Shown here one piece after another: positions 10,542 through 20,373 of a stretch of DNA of 48,059 nt. The position numbers were made by a program, and so were the translations under genes. Under the pieces are notes generated by a model. The model saw nothing but the letters and a program-made list of their open reading frames with translations, ran no database searches and was not told the DNA's origin. Within the stretch, counting starts at the first letter, position 1; each line of letters starts with the position of its first letter. The stretch comes from an uncultured Planctomycetaceae bacterium (GTDB lineage Bacteria; Planctomycetota; Planctomycetia; Pirellulales; JAEUIK01): assembly GCA_964576465.1 (NCBI GenBank), contig CAZNXE010000003.1, positions 7,047-55,105 of the forward strand, given 5' to 3'.

Positions 10542-10557
10542 GTGTACATATGTACAC
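10542..10557. promoter_or_regulatory. Perfect 16-bp palindrome GTGTACATATGTACAC, 27 nt upstream of the ImmA/IrrE-like ORF; candidate repressor operator
   Basis: Read directly from the sequence: it equals its own reverse complement. Position is consistent with promoter overlap. Confidence 0.5.
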
Positions 10558-10991
10558 TATGACATCCGTCCCGAGCTGTCAATGATCCCAACTGAAATGT
10601 TTGAGCGATTTCGTTGGCTGCGGAATGTCTTGCCCAAGACTGTTCCGCGGAGGTTGCGGCGGCACGTCCCGGCTTCGTATCGAATGAATCTTGTTTCGTC
10701 ACCGAATAGATCGTGCCCGCGCGTTTGCATTGCGAAGGGCCATGTCAGAGGCCACTGATCGGAACCGTGGCGACCTAAACACTTCAGGCATCAGTTGGCC
10801 AACCGCATCCTTTTGCATGTGGCATTACGATCGATTCCCCTCGGAGAACCCCCGGGTCACCATGGTCGTCATCGCGATGCCCGGCGGTCTACACTCGTCA
10901 ATCTGTACTACATGCGATACGATTCGAGGGTGCGATTCTTTCCGGACCTTGGCCGTTCGGGCACAATCGCCGGCGAACGAGTTTCCTTTTC

Positions 10992-12410
10992 TTGAAATGC
11001 CCAGCGGCTGCCGCAGTGACGATTCCCCTGACGACAATCACCAAGCCCAAGACTCCTTCAAGGTCCAAAGGCAGTTATGCCTTCGTGACGTTGGGCTGCC
11101 CCAAGAATCTCGTCGACAGCGAACGAATGTTGGGCTTGCTGGAATTAGACGGCTATCAGCTAGTTCAGGAACCCGACGGGGCGGACTTCGTGGTCGTAAA
11201 CACCTGCGGTTTCATCGAAACGGCGCGGGCCGAATCGTTCGAGACCATCGACGAAATGTTGGCCTTGAAGCGGAAGGGTCGGATTCGTGGGGTGATCGTT
11301 TCCGGTTGCCTTGCCGAGCGACAGCGAGAACAACTGCTCGAGTCACGCCCTGAGATCGATCACTTGGTTGGCGTTTTCAGTCGAGAGCAAGTGACCAAGG
11401 TTGCCGATCGGTTGTTGGGTGGCCTGAGCGAACAGCGAAATGTGTTTCAGCCGGCCCCCATCGTGCCGCTTCCCGACCGAAACCGGATGCGGGTCACTCC
11501 CAAGCACTTCGCCTATCTGAAGATCTCGGAAGGTTGCGATCGATTGTGTACGTTTTGCGCGATTCCGAAAATGCGAGGAAAGCATGTCACCAAGCCGATG
11601 GAAGAAGTGGTGGCGGAATCCAACGAACTGGCCGCCGACGGGGTCCGCGAACTGATTGTGGTTGCCCAAGATACGACCTATTACGGTATGGACCGCTACG
11701 GCGAACCACGACTTCAGGAATTGCTCGTGCAGCTAGAAAACGTCGAGGGGATTGACTGGATCCGCTTGATGTATCTCTATCCGATGTACTTTTCGGATGA
11801 GCTAATCGATCATCTCGCGGCGAGTCAAAAGATCCTGCCATACTTGGATCTGCCGCTGCAACACATTAACGACGTGATGCTGCGTCGCATGTCGCGCCGC
11901 GTGACGCGCAAAGAGACTCAGCGGCTCATCGATCGTCTCCAAAGCACGATCGATTCGTTGACCTTGCGGACAACGTTCATCGTTGGCTTTCCTGGCGAGA
12001 CGGAGGAGCAGTTCGAGGAATTGATCGATTTCGTCAAGGAAACCAAGTTCGACCGCTTGGGGGTTTTTCCCTATTCCTACGAGCCTGACACTCCGGCAGC
12101 CCAATTGCCTGACCAGATTGATGAGGCGGTCAAGCAATCGCGCGTCGAGCGGTTGATGAAGGTTCAGCAGGAGATTGCTTTTGAGGCAGGGCAGCAGCAA
12201 ATTGGCACGCAAGTTGAAGTCCTCATCGACCGGGCTGTCGACGAGCAGCCCAATGCTTGGGTCGGCCGAACTGCGGCAGACGCGCCCGACATCGACTCCG
12301 AGGTTTACGTCACGGGCGATGATTTGAGCACCGGAAAGATGGTGCTTTGTGAAGTCGTCGGCACGCACGGGTACGACCTGATCGCCGCCGCGATCGGTGC
12401 TCCTCATTGA
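10992..12410 (+). CDS. rimO: Ribosomal protein S12 methylthiotransferase (radical SAM MTTase)
   Basis: YAFVTLGCPKNLVDSERMLG (N-terminal MTTase cluster), ISEGCDRLCTFCAIP (radical-SAM CxxxCxxC), and a C-terminal TRAM-like region. The exact start is uncertain (ATG 10992 or a GTG a few codons in). Confidence 0.85.
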   Translation: MKCPAAAAVTIPLTTITKPKTPSRSKGSYAFVTLGCPKNLVDSERMLGLLELDGYQLVQEPDGADFVVVNTCGFIETARAESFETIDEMLALKRKGRIRGVIVSGCLAERQREQLLESRPEIDHLVGVFSREQVTKVADRLLGGLSEQRNVFQPAPIVPLPDRNRMRVTPKHFAYLKISEGCDRLCTFCAIPKMRGKHVTKPMEEVVAESNELAADGVRELIVVAQDTTYYGMDRYGEPRLQELLVQLENVEGIDWIRLMYLYPMYFSDELIDHLAASQKILPYLDLPLQHINDVMLRRMSRRVTRKETQRLIDRLQSTIDSLTLRTTFIVGFPGETEEQFEELIDFVKETKFDRLGVFPYSYEPDTPAAQLPDQIDEAVKQSRVERLMKVQQEIAFEAGQQQIGTQVEVLIDRAVDEQPNAWVGRTAADAPDIDSEVYVTGDDLSTGKMVLCEVVGTHGYDLIAAAIGAPH

Positions 12411-12499
12411 TTGCACGAGACCCAAGGACACCGCTCGTGATAGAATCTAGTCAACGGAATCAGGATCAAGACTCGACTCTTTCGGCGACGGAAACCGGC

Positions 12500-13090
12500 A
12501 TGTCTGCCAGCACCAAAGAACCGATTTGGAACACGGTTTTTAATCTACCCAACCAGTTGACTGTCTCGCGGCTGTTCCTGTCGATCGTACTGTTCGTATT
12601 CCTTAGTCTACAGTGGTATCAGACCAGTCTGGTGCTGTTTGTCGTGGCTGCTTCGACCGATTGGCTCGATGGTTATCTGGCCCGAAAGTATGGACAGGTG
12701 ACCGTGTTGGGGCGCATTCTGGACCCCTTCGTCGACAAGGTAATCGTCTGCGGTACGTACATAATATTAGTGAGCGAACCAGAGTCAGAGATTCACGCTT
12801 GGATGGCGGTGGTGATCGTTGGGCGGGAACTGCTGATTACGGCACTACGAGGCTTCTTGGAACAGCAGGGCGCTGATTTCTCGGCAAGTATGTCGGGGAA
12901 GCTGAAGATGGTGTTCCAGTGTATTGCTGCCGGCGTGAGCCTTTTCTATCTCTCCCAACTTCCCGCGGATGGTGCTCCCGCCGCTTGGCTTTACTGGCTG
13001 CTGATCGTCTCGGTTTACACTGCGGTCGCACTAACGGTCATCTCCGGCGTTGCGTATATTCGCGAGGCAATCGCAATCTTGGACGCCTGA
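12500..13090 (+). CDS. pgsA: CDP-diacylglycerol--glycerol-3-phosphate 3-phosphatidyltransferase
   Basis: NLPNQLTVSRLFL... and DWLDGYLARKYGQVTVLGRILDPFVDK match the CDP-alcohol phosphatidyltransferase motif D-G-x2-A-R-x8-G-x3-D-x3-D. ATG 12500 is preferred over the TTG 12407 used by the ORF track. Confidence 0.85.
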   Translation: MSASTKEPIWNTVFNLPNQLTVSRLFLSIVLFVFLSLQWYQTSLVLFVVAASTDWLDGYLARKYGQVTVLGRILDPFVDKVIVCGTYIILVSEPESEIHAWMAVVIVGRELLITALRGFLEQQGADFSASMSGKLKMVFQCIAAGVSLFYLSQLPADGAPAAWLYWLLIVSVYTAVALTVISGVAYIREAIAILDA

Positions 13091-13153
13091 ACATTCGGCC
13101 ACTGCATGCCTGTCGCGCGCTAGCGTTGGTCCCGGCGGTCCACACACTCTTTC

Positions 13154-14242
13154 TTGCTGGGGACGGCATTGTTCGGCGAAACGTCAACGCTCCTCTGGAT
13201 TGCAGCTTTGTCGGCGTCGGCGCTCGCATGGCTGGCCATTGCACGACGCAAGTTCAGTAGGCAGCCGATCGTTCCTCATGCGGCAAGACGAGTTGTCCCC
13301 TGGCGTGGCGCCGGCGTTCTCGTGGCGCTTGTTTGTTGGCTTTTCATCAGGGCAACAGGCGCTGGAATCTTTCTGCAGGTTAATCCGCCACACCATTCCG
13401 CGGAGCAAGAAGAAGCGATTGAACTGCCCGATGACCGACCATCGCCCGAGGGTCAGGCAGCCATCGAAGAGCAGGCAGCATCGTCAAGCCCCGAAGTTAG
13501 CACGGGACAGATTCTGGTAGACGCCTTGTGTAGCTTGGTTGCCGTGTTGGCAGTGTGTGTGTTGATGCAACTGGCTGTCGCGTCGTCGTGGGATGACTTC
13601 GGCTTGCAATTCGATTTTGCATGGCCCGATGTGCGAATCGGCATGCTCGCCGGGGTGGCATTGATTCCTGGTCTCTTGCTGCTGCAAATGTGGCTCACCC
13701 AGTGGTTTCCGTCGAAGCACACGATTGTCGAGCTTTTCGAGCAGAAGTCGGACACGTATACCATGGCAGCTATGTTCCTCTCCGCCGTGGTCGTCGCACC
13801 GGTTGCCGAAGAGTTTTTCATTCGGGCAATTCTACAGGGTTGGCTGGAGAAGGTATCGCACGAATATCAAGCGGCATGGCAACAGGGCAACAGCGCAACT
13901 CCGTCGCACGAATCTCTTCGGCAGCCGCGGACCGAAGAAATGGCGACTCAGGCAGAAGAGCCAGAGGAGGGCTTCAATACAGATCAGCCCCTTGAACTGT
14001 CGCCCAATCCCGCGGATGAGGCTGAACCGCTACGAGGCTGGTTCGCCATCTTGCCGGTGCTTTTCTCGTCGGTCTGCTTTGCCGCCATGCATTTCGGATA
14101 CGGTCCCGACCCGATTCCAATTTTTCTGTTTGCGCTTGTTTTGGGATATCTCTATCAACGCACGCATCGGCTACTACCGTCGATCACGTTGCACGCCCTA
14201 CTCAACGCGACGAGTCTCGCCCTGTTGTGGTTGAGCTTTTAG
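13154..14242 (+). CDS. CPBP-family intramembrane glutamic endopeptidase (CAAX protease-like)
   Basis: Multiple TM helices. Motifs APVAEEFFIRAILQGW, FAAMHF and LHALLN match the CPBP EExxxR / FxxxH / HxxxN triad. Confidence 0.75.
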   Translation: MLGTALFGETSTLLWIAALSASALAWLAIARRKFSRQPIVPHAARRVVPWRGAGVLVALVCWLFIRATGAGIFLQVNPPHHSAEQEEAIELPDDRPSPEGQAAIEEQAASSSPEVSTGQILVDALCSLVAVLAVCVLMQLAVASSWDDFGLQFDFAWPDVRIGMLAGVALIPGLLLLQMWLTQWFPSKHTIVELFEQKSDTYTMAAMFLSAVVVAPVAEEFFIRAILQGWLEKVSHEYQAAWQQGNSATPSHESLRQPRTEEMATQAEEPEEGFNTDQPLELSPNPADEAEPLRGWFAILPVLFSSVCFAAMHFGYGPDPIPIFLFALVLGYLYQRTHRLLPSITLHALLNATSLALLWLSF

Positions 14243-14321
14243 CCACCGCTGGCTGTCGCGCGGCATGGGTCTTATAATCCGCCTTCTTCAGATGAACTCC
14301 ACGAGCGAAGGACATAGCAAC

Positions 14322-15440
14322 ATGGCACATGGTTTTGGGTTGGTTGGTTGCGGGATGATTGCCAATTTTCATGCACGCGCGATCGCCGACATTCGCGGAG
14401 CGAAACTGATCGGCTGTTTCGATACCTTTCCCGCGGCCGCTGATCGGCTGGCCGAGAAATGCGGCTGCCAGCCCTATCACGACCTGGGTGACATGCTGGC
14501 CAACCCAAAGATTGACGTGGTTGTGATTGGTACGCCCAGCGGCGCCCATCTGGAACCGGCAATCGCTGCCGCGAAAGCTGGCAAACACGTCATCGTCGAG
14601 AAGCCCTTGGAGATCACGCTGAAGCGTTGCGATCGGATTATCGAGGCGTGCAAGAAGGCCCGAGTGCGATTGGCCACCATCTTCCCTTCTCGATTTCATG
14701 GGTCGAGCATCGAGCTTAAACGAGCGGTGGATGAGAAGCGATTTGGTGCGTTGACCATGGGCGATGCTTACGTGAAATGGTTTCGTCCACAGTCGTACTA
14801 CGACAGCGGTGCTTGGCGTGGAACGTGGAAACTCGACGGCGGCGGTGCGCTGATGAATCAGGCGATTCACAGCGTCGACTTGTTGGCATGGCTAATGGGT
14901 CCGGTGGTCGAAATCTCCGCCCACTTTGGGATGCTGGCGCATCAACGTATCGAAGTAGAAGACACCGTCGTGGCGTCGCTGCGATTTGCCAACGGCGCTT
15001 TGGGCGTGATCGAAGCAACCACGGCGGCCTATCCCGGCTATCTGAAGCGCATCGAATTGCATGGCTCAGAAGGCTCTGCCGCGTTGGAAGAGGAAGACAT
15101 TGTCCGCTGGGATTTCGCCAAGAAAAGCCGTCGCGATGCGGCCATTCGACGCAAAATGAGCCAAAGTGTGAGCACCGGCGGTGGGGCGAGCGACCCGAGC
15201 GCCATCGGACATCATGGTCACACCGAGTTATTTCGCGACACGCTTGCAGCGATCGACGCCAGAAAAATACCATCGGTCGACGGTCTCCAGGGGCGCCGCA
15301 GCGTCGAGATTATTTTGGGGATTTACAAGGCCGCCGAAACCGGGCGAACCGTGCATCTGCCGCTGGCGCGCGATCCGGTTCTCAAAGCTCGCCGTGAAGG
15401 CGTGAAAAAGGGAACATCGACTCCCAAGAAACGTCGCTAA
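14322..15440 (+). CDS. Gfo/Idh/MocA-family NAD(P)-dependent oxidoreductase
   Basis: FGLVGCGMIANFHARA Rossmann start, VVVIGTPSGAHLE, GKHVIVEKPL. ATG 14322 is preferred because the family normally starts just before the G-x-G-x-x-G/A strand. Confidence 0.8.
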   Translation: MAHGFGLVGCGMIANFHARAIADIRGAKLIGCFDTFPAAADRLAEKCGCQPYHDLGDMLANPKIDVVVIGTPSGAHLEPAIAAAKAGKHVIVEKPLEITLKRCDRIIEACKKARVRLATIFPSRFHGSSIELKRAVDEKRFGALTMGDAYVKWFRPQSYYDSGAWRGTWKLDGGGALMNQAIHSVDLLAWLMGPVVEISAHFGMLAHQRIEVEDTVVASLRFANGALGVIEATTAAYPGYLKRIELHGSEGSAALEEEDIVRWDFAKKSRRDAAIRRKMSQSVSTGGGASDPSAIGHHGHTELFRDTLAAIDARKIPSVDGLQGRRSVEIILGIYKAAETGRTVHLPLARDPVLKARREGVKKGTSTPKKRR

Positions 15441-15575
15441 TCCTGGATTTCTTCTCGAAATCCGCCGACACAAACCGCTCTTTTCTCAAGCGGCCATTCC
15501 TGCCAGAATTCCGTGCCAGCGGTACGCCAGAAGCTGTTTCAGCTTTAGCGCGGCATCTCTTGTTTTCAGTTCGCC

Positions 15576-16538
15576 TTGCAGCCCGCGGGCATAGCACATC
15601 GGCAGGGAGGCATTTACGTCGTGCGAATTCAGGTCTGCGTTCAATATTTGGCCTACGTTGCGGTGCGCCTGTTCATTTGCGTACTGCAAGCGATCCCCAT
15701 CGATACGTGTCACACGCTGACCCGGGGTCTGGCGTGGCTCTTTGGCGACGTCATCGGTGTGCGTCGTAAGGTTGTGCTCGAAAATCTTCGTCAAGCGTTT
15801 CCCGAACTGACCGAAGGCCAGCGGCGACAGTTGGCTCGACAGATGTGGCAGCACTTGTTGCTGTTCATCGTCGAGTTGGCGCACGCTCCGCGAAAGATCC
15901 ACGACACCAACTGGCGAAACTACGTATCGCTGATAGACGCCAACAAGTTGCTTGAGACATTGCTTGCCGACCGTCCGGTGACGATCGTCTCAGGGCACTT
16001 TGGCAACTTCGAGTTGGCGGGCTACATCATGGGGGTGCTGGGATTTCCCACGCACACTGTGGCGAGGAAGCTCGATAACCCTTTCTTGGATCGCTTCATC
16101 AACCGGTTTCGAGGGGCAACAGGGCAATACATGATCCCGAAGAAGGGCGGTTTCGACCAGATTGTCGAAGTCATGAGCAACAAGGGAAACATGACATTCT
16201 TGGCCGACCAACATGCCGGCGAAAAAGGGTGCTGGGTCGACTTCTTTGGACGTGAGGCCTCAACCCACAAGGCAATTGCCCTGTTGGCTTTTCAGCACGA
16301 TTCGCCCGTCGCGGTGGGGTATGCCGTCCGAATCGGTCGACCGTTGCAATATGCATTACGGTGCGAGGGCATCGCCGAGCCGAGCGAATACGCCGGCGTG
16401 AAAGAACTCACCGCCTGGTATACGAATCGCATCGAGGACGCGATCCGCCGCGCGCCCGACCAATATTGGTGGTTGCACCGCCGCTGGAAAGAGCGCCGCA
16501 AGCGACGAGTCGCCCCTGCACAAAAGCAAGCCGCATGA
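15576..16538 (+). CDS. LpxL/HtrB-family lysophospholipid (lauroyl/myristoyl-type) acyltransferase
   Basis: VLENLRQAFPE, SGHFGNFELAGY and FLADQHAG blocks are typical of PF03279-type acyltransferases. Start uncertain. Confidence 0.7.
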   Translation: MQPAGIAHRQGGIYVVRIQVCVQYLAYVAVRLFICVLQAIPIDTCHTLTRGLAWLFGDVIGVRRKVVLENLRQAFPELTEGQRRQLARQMWQHLLLFIVELAHAPRKIHDTNWRNYVSLIDANKLLETLLADRPVTIVSGHFGNFELAGYIMGVLGFPTHTVARKLDNPFLDRFINRFRGATGQYMIPKKGGFDQIVEVMSNKGNMTFLADQHAGEKGCWVDFFGREASTHKAIALLAFQHDSPVAVGYAVRIGRPLQYALRCEGIAEPSEYAGVKELTAWYTNRIEDAIRRAPDQYWWLHRRWKERRKRRVAPAQKQAA

Positions 16539-16667
16539 CTGTCGGTGACGCCAAACCGTGCGTTATGGGATTCCTCTCTTTTCGGTTGTGAATTGTGCCG
16601 CCTTTCGCGTTCGCCGTCGCAGTCCTATAATCGCGCTGGTTTCGTGATCGCAGGGAGAAACTGGACG

Positions 16668-16979
16668 TTGCCAAATTGGGTGGATGTTGCTGATCTCGAC
16701 GATTGCTCCACCGGAGCATGTATCGAACGTGTCGTGGGCGACCGCATCGTGGCCCTGTTTAACGTCGACGGTACGATTCACGCGCTGGACGGGGTTTGCC
16801 CGCATCAAGGCGGACCCTTGGGGCAAGGTCTCCTCTCTGGTTCCGTGGTAACTTGCCCATGGCACGGTTGGCAGTTCGATGTTGGCGACGGTCAGCATCA
16901 ATTCAACCCCACCATCCAGCAACCATCGTTTCCAGTGAGAGTTGTCGGCACTACGATTCAAGTCGATCTTGACGGATAG
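16668..16979 (+). CDS. Small Rieske [2Fe-2S] protein (NirD-like)
   Basis: CPHQGGPL...CPWHGWQFD Rieske motif. TTG 16668 is preceded by GGGAGA about 9 nt upstream and gives the usual ~100-aa size. The track ORF start (16545) adds an implausible leader. Confidence 0.75.
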   Translation: MPNWVDVADLDDCSTGACIERVVGDRIVALFNVDGTIHALDGVCPHQGGPLGQGLLSGSVVTCPWHGWQFDVGDGQHQFNPTIQQPSFPVRVVGTTIQVDLDG

Positions 16980-17000
16980 CCGCATGCAGCCAGGGTTTTA

Positions 17001-17122
17001 GGCGTGCGGCAGATAAGAACGTACCAATCACAACCCGACGCGTAAGCGAGGGAATGCAGTGTATTACCGGTTGGTCCCTCGCTCACGCGTCCCCTTGGTA
17101 TATTCTCATTCGCCGCTCGCCT
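17001..17122. repeat. ~120-bp nested palindromic element, copy A (family P)
   Basis: Shares >85% of positions by eye with 29540-29661 and 36991-37113. Long imperfect hairpin: arms ...CCCGACGCGT(A/G)AGCGAGGGA / TCCCTCGCT(C/T)ACGCGTCGGG... around a 21-nt loop. Intergenic. Confidence 0.9.
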
Positions 17123-17214
17123 TAATGATCAACAATTGCGTTGTCAGAAACCGTGCGGTCTTGTAGGAAAGAGGGTTCCGGCGTCTTGCGGTCTATCTTG
17201 GACAAACACCCATT

Positions 17215-18174
17215 GTGATTCACTACCGCACGTTTCGTAACAGCGATCCTCCCGGACTGGTCAAAATCTGGCAGGCAAGGGCCGTCGAACGTGGGCTGAC
17301 GCAGCCCATCTCGGTGCAGGTGCTTGAAGAACTCGTTTTCGCGAAGCCCTATTTCGATAATCGGGGCTTAATCCTTGCCATCGACGATGAGACTCCCGTG
17401 GGGTTCGTGCATGCCGGCTTTGGGCCGACGGACGATGAGCAGCGCATTGAACACAAGTTTGGCGTGACCTGCATGTTGATGGTCCGGCACGACTACCGGC
17501 GGTTGGGCATCGGGCGTGAGCTGATCGCTCGGAGCGAGCAATTCTTGCGAGATCAGGGCGCGAAGGTGCTCTACGGAGGTGGCATTCGTCCGTTGAATCC
17601 TTACTATCTCGGGCTGTACGGCGGCAGCGAATTGCCGGGCGTTTTAGACTCCGATCAGGCGGCACAACAAATCTATCGCGCTTGTGGCTACCGAGAGATC
17701 GACCACACGCGCATCTTCCAACGTGATTTGGCCGGCTTTCGTCCGCCGGTCGACCGACACCAGATGCAGATTCGGCGACGTATGACCGTGGAGATTACGG
17801 AGGATCCTCCCGCAAGAACTTGGTGGGAGGCCTGCACGTTTGGCGGCTTCGAGCGAACCCGATTCGAACTGGTCGAGAAGTCATCGCGGCAGACCGCTGC
17901 CAGCGCGATCTTCTGGCGAATTGAGCCGCTGGGAACCAGTTGGGGTGTTCAAGCGGCCGGGCTGATCGATCTCGAAGTCCAGGACGATCATCGCCAAAAG
18001 GGAGTCGCCACGGCGCTGGTGAGCGAAGCCATGAAACATTTGGGGCAATCGGGCTTTCACCGCGTGGAAGTACAGACGATGCAGGCCAATACCGCGGCGC
18101 TGCGGCTGTACAAAAAGCTCGAATTCCAAGAGGTCGATGGCGGAGCTGTCTTCCGCAAAGACAAAGAAGAATAG
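17215..18174 (+). CDS. Two-domain GNAT-family N-acetyltransferase
   Basis: Two acetyl-CoA binding blocks: RRLGIGRELIARSE and HRQKGVATALVSEAMKHL. Confidence 0.75.
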   Translation: MIHYRTFRNSDPPGLVKIWQARAVERGLTQPISVQVLEELVFAKPYFDNRGLILAIDDETPVGFVHAGFGPTDDEQRIEHKFGVTCMLMVRHDYRRLGIGRELIARSEQFLRDQGAKVLYGGGIRPLNPYYLGLYGGSELPGVLDSDQAAQQIYRACGYREIDHTRIFQRDLAGFRPPVDRHQMQIRRRMTVEITEDPPARTWWEACTFGGFERTRFELVEKSSRQTAASAIFWRIEPLGTSWGVQAAGLIDLEVQDDHRQKGVATALVSEAMKHLGQSGFHRVEVQTMQANTAALRLYKKLEFQEVDGGAVFRKDKEE

Positions 18175-18182
18175 CGTTTCAG

Positions 18183-18998
18183 CTAATGGTCCAAGCCGCG
18201 GATGTATTCGACCAGGAGTTGTTCGGGCTGGCTATGGAGACGTCGGAGCGTAAGCGAGAGAGGCTCCACGGCACCATCGGTGTGAAGACGCTGCATGTAA
18301 GCCTGTAGTAGCTCTCGCCGACGTGGATCGGTTTGCAACATGAAGTGGACCCACGCCCAGGCTTCGGCGTATTCGATCTGCGACATCTGGTTGATGTCGG
18401 TCATTTGTTCAAGCCTCCGCAAGTCGGGCCTCCAGTTGTTGTCGGCCATTCTAGAGATCAACTCCGCGACATGTGGCTTGTTCAACCCTCCCTGTCCGCG
18501 AGGAACTTCAAAAAACTCGGCCAGCCCCTCGTCGATCCACAAGGGAATCTGAGGCACCACGGCGTGCAGGTATCCATGCGCAACTTCGTGACGCAAATCT
18601 TCGGCCACGCGATCGCCCCACTGTGCATAGACGGCCAATTGCGTGTCAGTCTCGACGAACAGTGCCCTGCGGTTTGGAAAATCGGGAAACGTTCGTGAGA
18701 CGAAGGCATCGAATTCTTCCGGCGACTCGAACAAGAAAATATGAATTTGCTCGTCCGAGGTTGGCAGTGCCAGTGTTTGCGCAAGATCGTCGCGTTGGCG
18801 AACCAAATCTTGAAGAAGACGATGGCTTGGCGGCGGTCGGGCATCGCTGTGGATGACCAACTGGTCTATCACCAGCGCGTCATCAATCGGCGCGAATGTC
18901 TTACGGTGCCATGGCTGCGCGCAACCAAGAACCATCATCAAGCAGATCATCGATAGCGAGAGCCGAGAAACCCGAAGATTGTTCGCCATGCGCATCAT
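18183..18998 (-). CDS. DUF1570-like (peptidase MA-like, HExxH) lipoprotein
   Basis: HEVAHGYLHAVVPQIPLWIDEGLAEFFE. Start at ATG 18998 (MMRMANNLRVSRLSLSMICLMMVLGC, lipobox-like) overlaps the upstream stop by 4 nt (ATGA). The longer track ORF would overlap the glycosyltransferase. Confidence 0.6.
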   Translation of the reverse strand: MMRMANNLRVSRLSLSMICLMMVLGCAQPWHRKTFAPIDDALVIDQLVIHSDARPPPSHRLLQDLVRQRDDLAQTLALPTSDEQIHIFLFESPEEFDAFVSRTFPDFPNRRALFVETDTQLAVYAQWGDRVAEDLRHEVAHGYLHAVVPQIPLWIDEGLAEFFEVPRGQGGLNKPHVAELISRMADNNWRPDLRRLEQMTDINQMSQIEYAEAWAWVHFMLQTDPRRRELLQAYMQRLHTDGAVEPLSLTLRRLHSQPEQLLVEYIRGLDH

Positions 18999-20125
18999 GC
19001 TCTTGCCCTCGCTCGCGACTTCTCGTGCATGCCTAGCGTGGCAATCGAGGCATGATCGCCGTGCAGGGTCTGATTTGGAGATCGAACGTCGCCCGGCTGG
19101 CCTGTGTGTGCGACTTGTTGAACCAGGCGGGCAAATGGTTCTTCCCATGCCGGGACGCTGTACGACTCGCAGATTCTCCGTCGTGCGGCGGCGCCCATTT
19201 GGGATCGTAGCGCCACATCATCAGATAACCGCCCAATCGCTTCGGCCCACTCGCTAGGCGTCTCGGCTAAGAATCCTGTACGGCCATGTTCAATCATCGT
19301 GCGGTTCATGCCAACCGGATTGGCCACGACCGGCAAGCCGGCCGCCATGTATTGCAAGACTTTCAGGCCACACTTGCCCCGGCTCCATGGATCATCCGGA
19401 AGCCAACTCATGCCAATGTCGGCGCGGGCCAACTCCGCGGCTTCGGTCGCCGACGACCACCGACAGCGCTCCACGCGAACGCCGGACACTTCGGGATAAC
19501 CATCGCAGATGACCGCCAATTCGAGTTTCGGCGTGCGACGCGTTGCTTCTCGCAGCGCATCGGCTGCCAACGTCAAACAGGGCAGTGTGCTCTGCTGACC
19601 GATCCATACCAGTCGCGTGGCGGCGGTTGAAGCGATGTGCTCGGCGGGAGTGTAGCTGTCGGGATCGACGCAGGTTGGGAACAGGACGACCTTTTCGCGG
19701 TCGACAAAGGACGCCGTTTGCTGCCACAGGTAAGGGTTGCCAACGAGGATGGCGTCGGAGCAGTAAATCGTGGCCCAAAAATAAGCCAACCGTTTCCGGC
19801 TCGAGGGCCCTTTGGCCGCATAACTGTCGCGCATGAAGACAGCGTCGTCGATGTCGTAGATCAATCGACGTGCGTTGCGGCGAAGAATCGCCAGTTGCCA
19901 TAGTGGCAGCAGTCGCCGTTGTAGCACCACCACGTCGTAATCGGCAGCACGTTGCAACTGCTTACGTCGGGACCAGCTACGTCGATCGAGCGCAACGGTA
20001 TCAATCGTCCAGCCGTGGCGCCTCAGCGCAGGCTCGAACGCCCGAATCCGATAGCGATAGCAGACGTGGTCCGTGCCTTCGACCAGCGCAAGCATCCGCA
20101 CAGCAGGTCCTCCATGACCGAGCAA
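18995..20125 (-). CDS. Glycosyltransferase, GT-B fold (family 1/4-like)
   Basis: 376 aa. LKVLQYMAAGLPVVANPVGMNRTMIEHGRTGFLAETPSEWAEAI is a typical GT1 C-terminal domain. Confidence 0.7.
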   Translation of the reverse strand: MLGHGGPAVRMLALVEGTDHVCYRYRIRAFEPALRRHGWTIDTVALDRRSWSRRKQLQRAADYDVVVLQRRLLPLWQLAILRRNARRLIYDIDDAVFMRDSYAAKGPSSRKRLAYFWATIYCSDAILVGNPYLWQQTASFVDREKVVLFPTCVDPDSYTPAEHIASTAATRLVWIGQQSTLPCLTLAADALREATRRTPKLELAVICDGYPEVSGVRVERCRWSSATEAAELARADIGMSWLPDDPWSRGKCGLKVLQYMAAGLPVVANPVGMNRTMIEHGRTGFLAETPSEWAEAIGRLSDDVALRSQMGAAARRRICESYSVPAWEEPFARLVQQVAHTGQPGDVRSPNQTLHGDHASIATLGMHEKSRARARA

Positions 20126-20373
20126 ACTTCAAAAGGTGTGGAAGCATAACAGGTTCGGACATCCGGCCAAACCTCAGACGGGGACAGCACAAGGCGGCCT
20201 CTAGATACGGGTCGATACGGGTGCAGCGGGGGTGCAGCGGTGCAGCATCTGCCCGATCTGCTACATAGCCCCAAGTGGTGTTACTACCCCCGACTACCTG
20301 CTCTGTTTAGAATGAGGAAGCGAGGTGGCCGTAGATTACGGTGCCGGCAGCTTGCCATTCACGAGTTTTCGCC

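Noticed and set aside
10540-10758. 72-aa plus-strand ORF and 94-aa minus-strand ORF (10418-10702) next to the 16-bp palindrome, considered as the missing XRE partner of the ImmA/IrrE-like gene
   Set aside because: Neither translation contains a helix-turn-helix pattern. Both read through the palindrome and are Arg/Pro/Ser-rich.
20221-20247. Triple direct repeat GTGCAGCGG-GG-GTGCAGCGG-TGCAGC upstream of the PP2C gene
   Set aside because: It is very short and GC-rich with no symmetry or phasing suggestive of a binding array, so it is plausibly chance.
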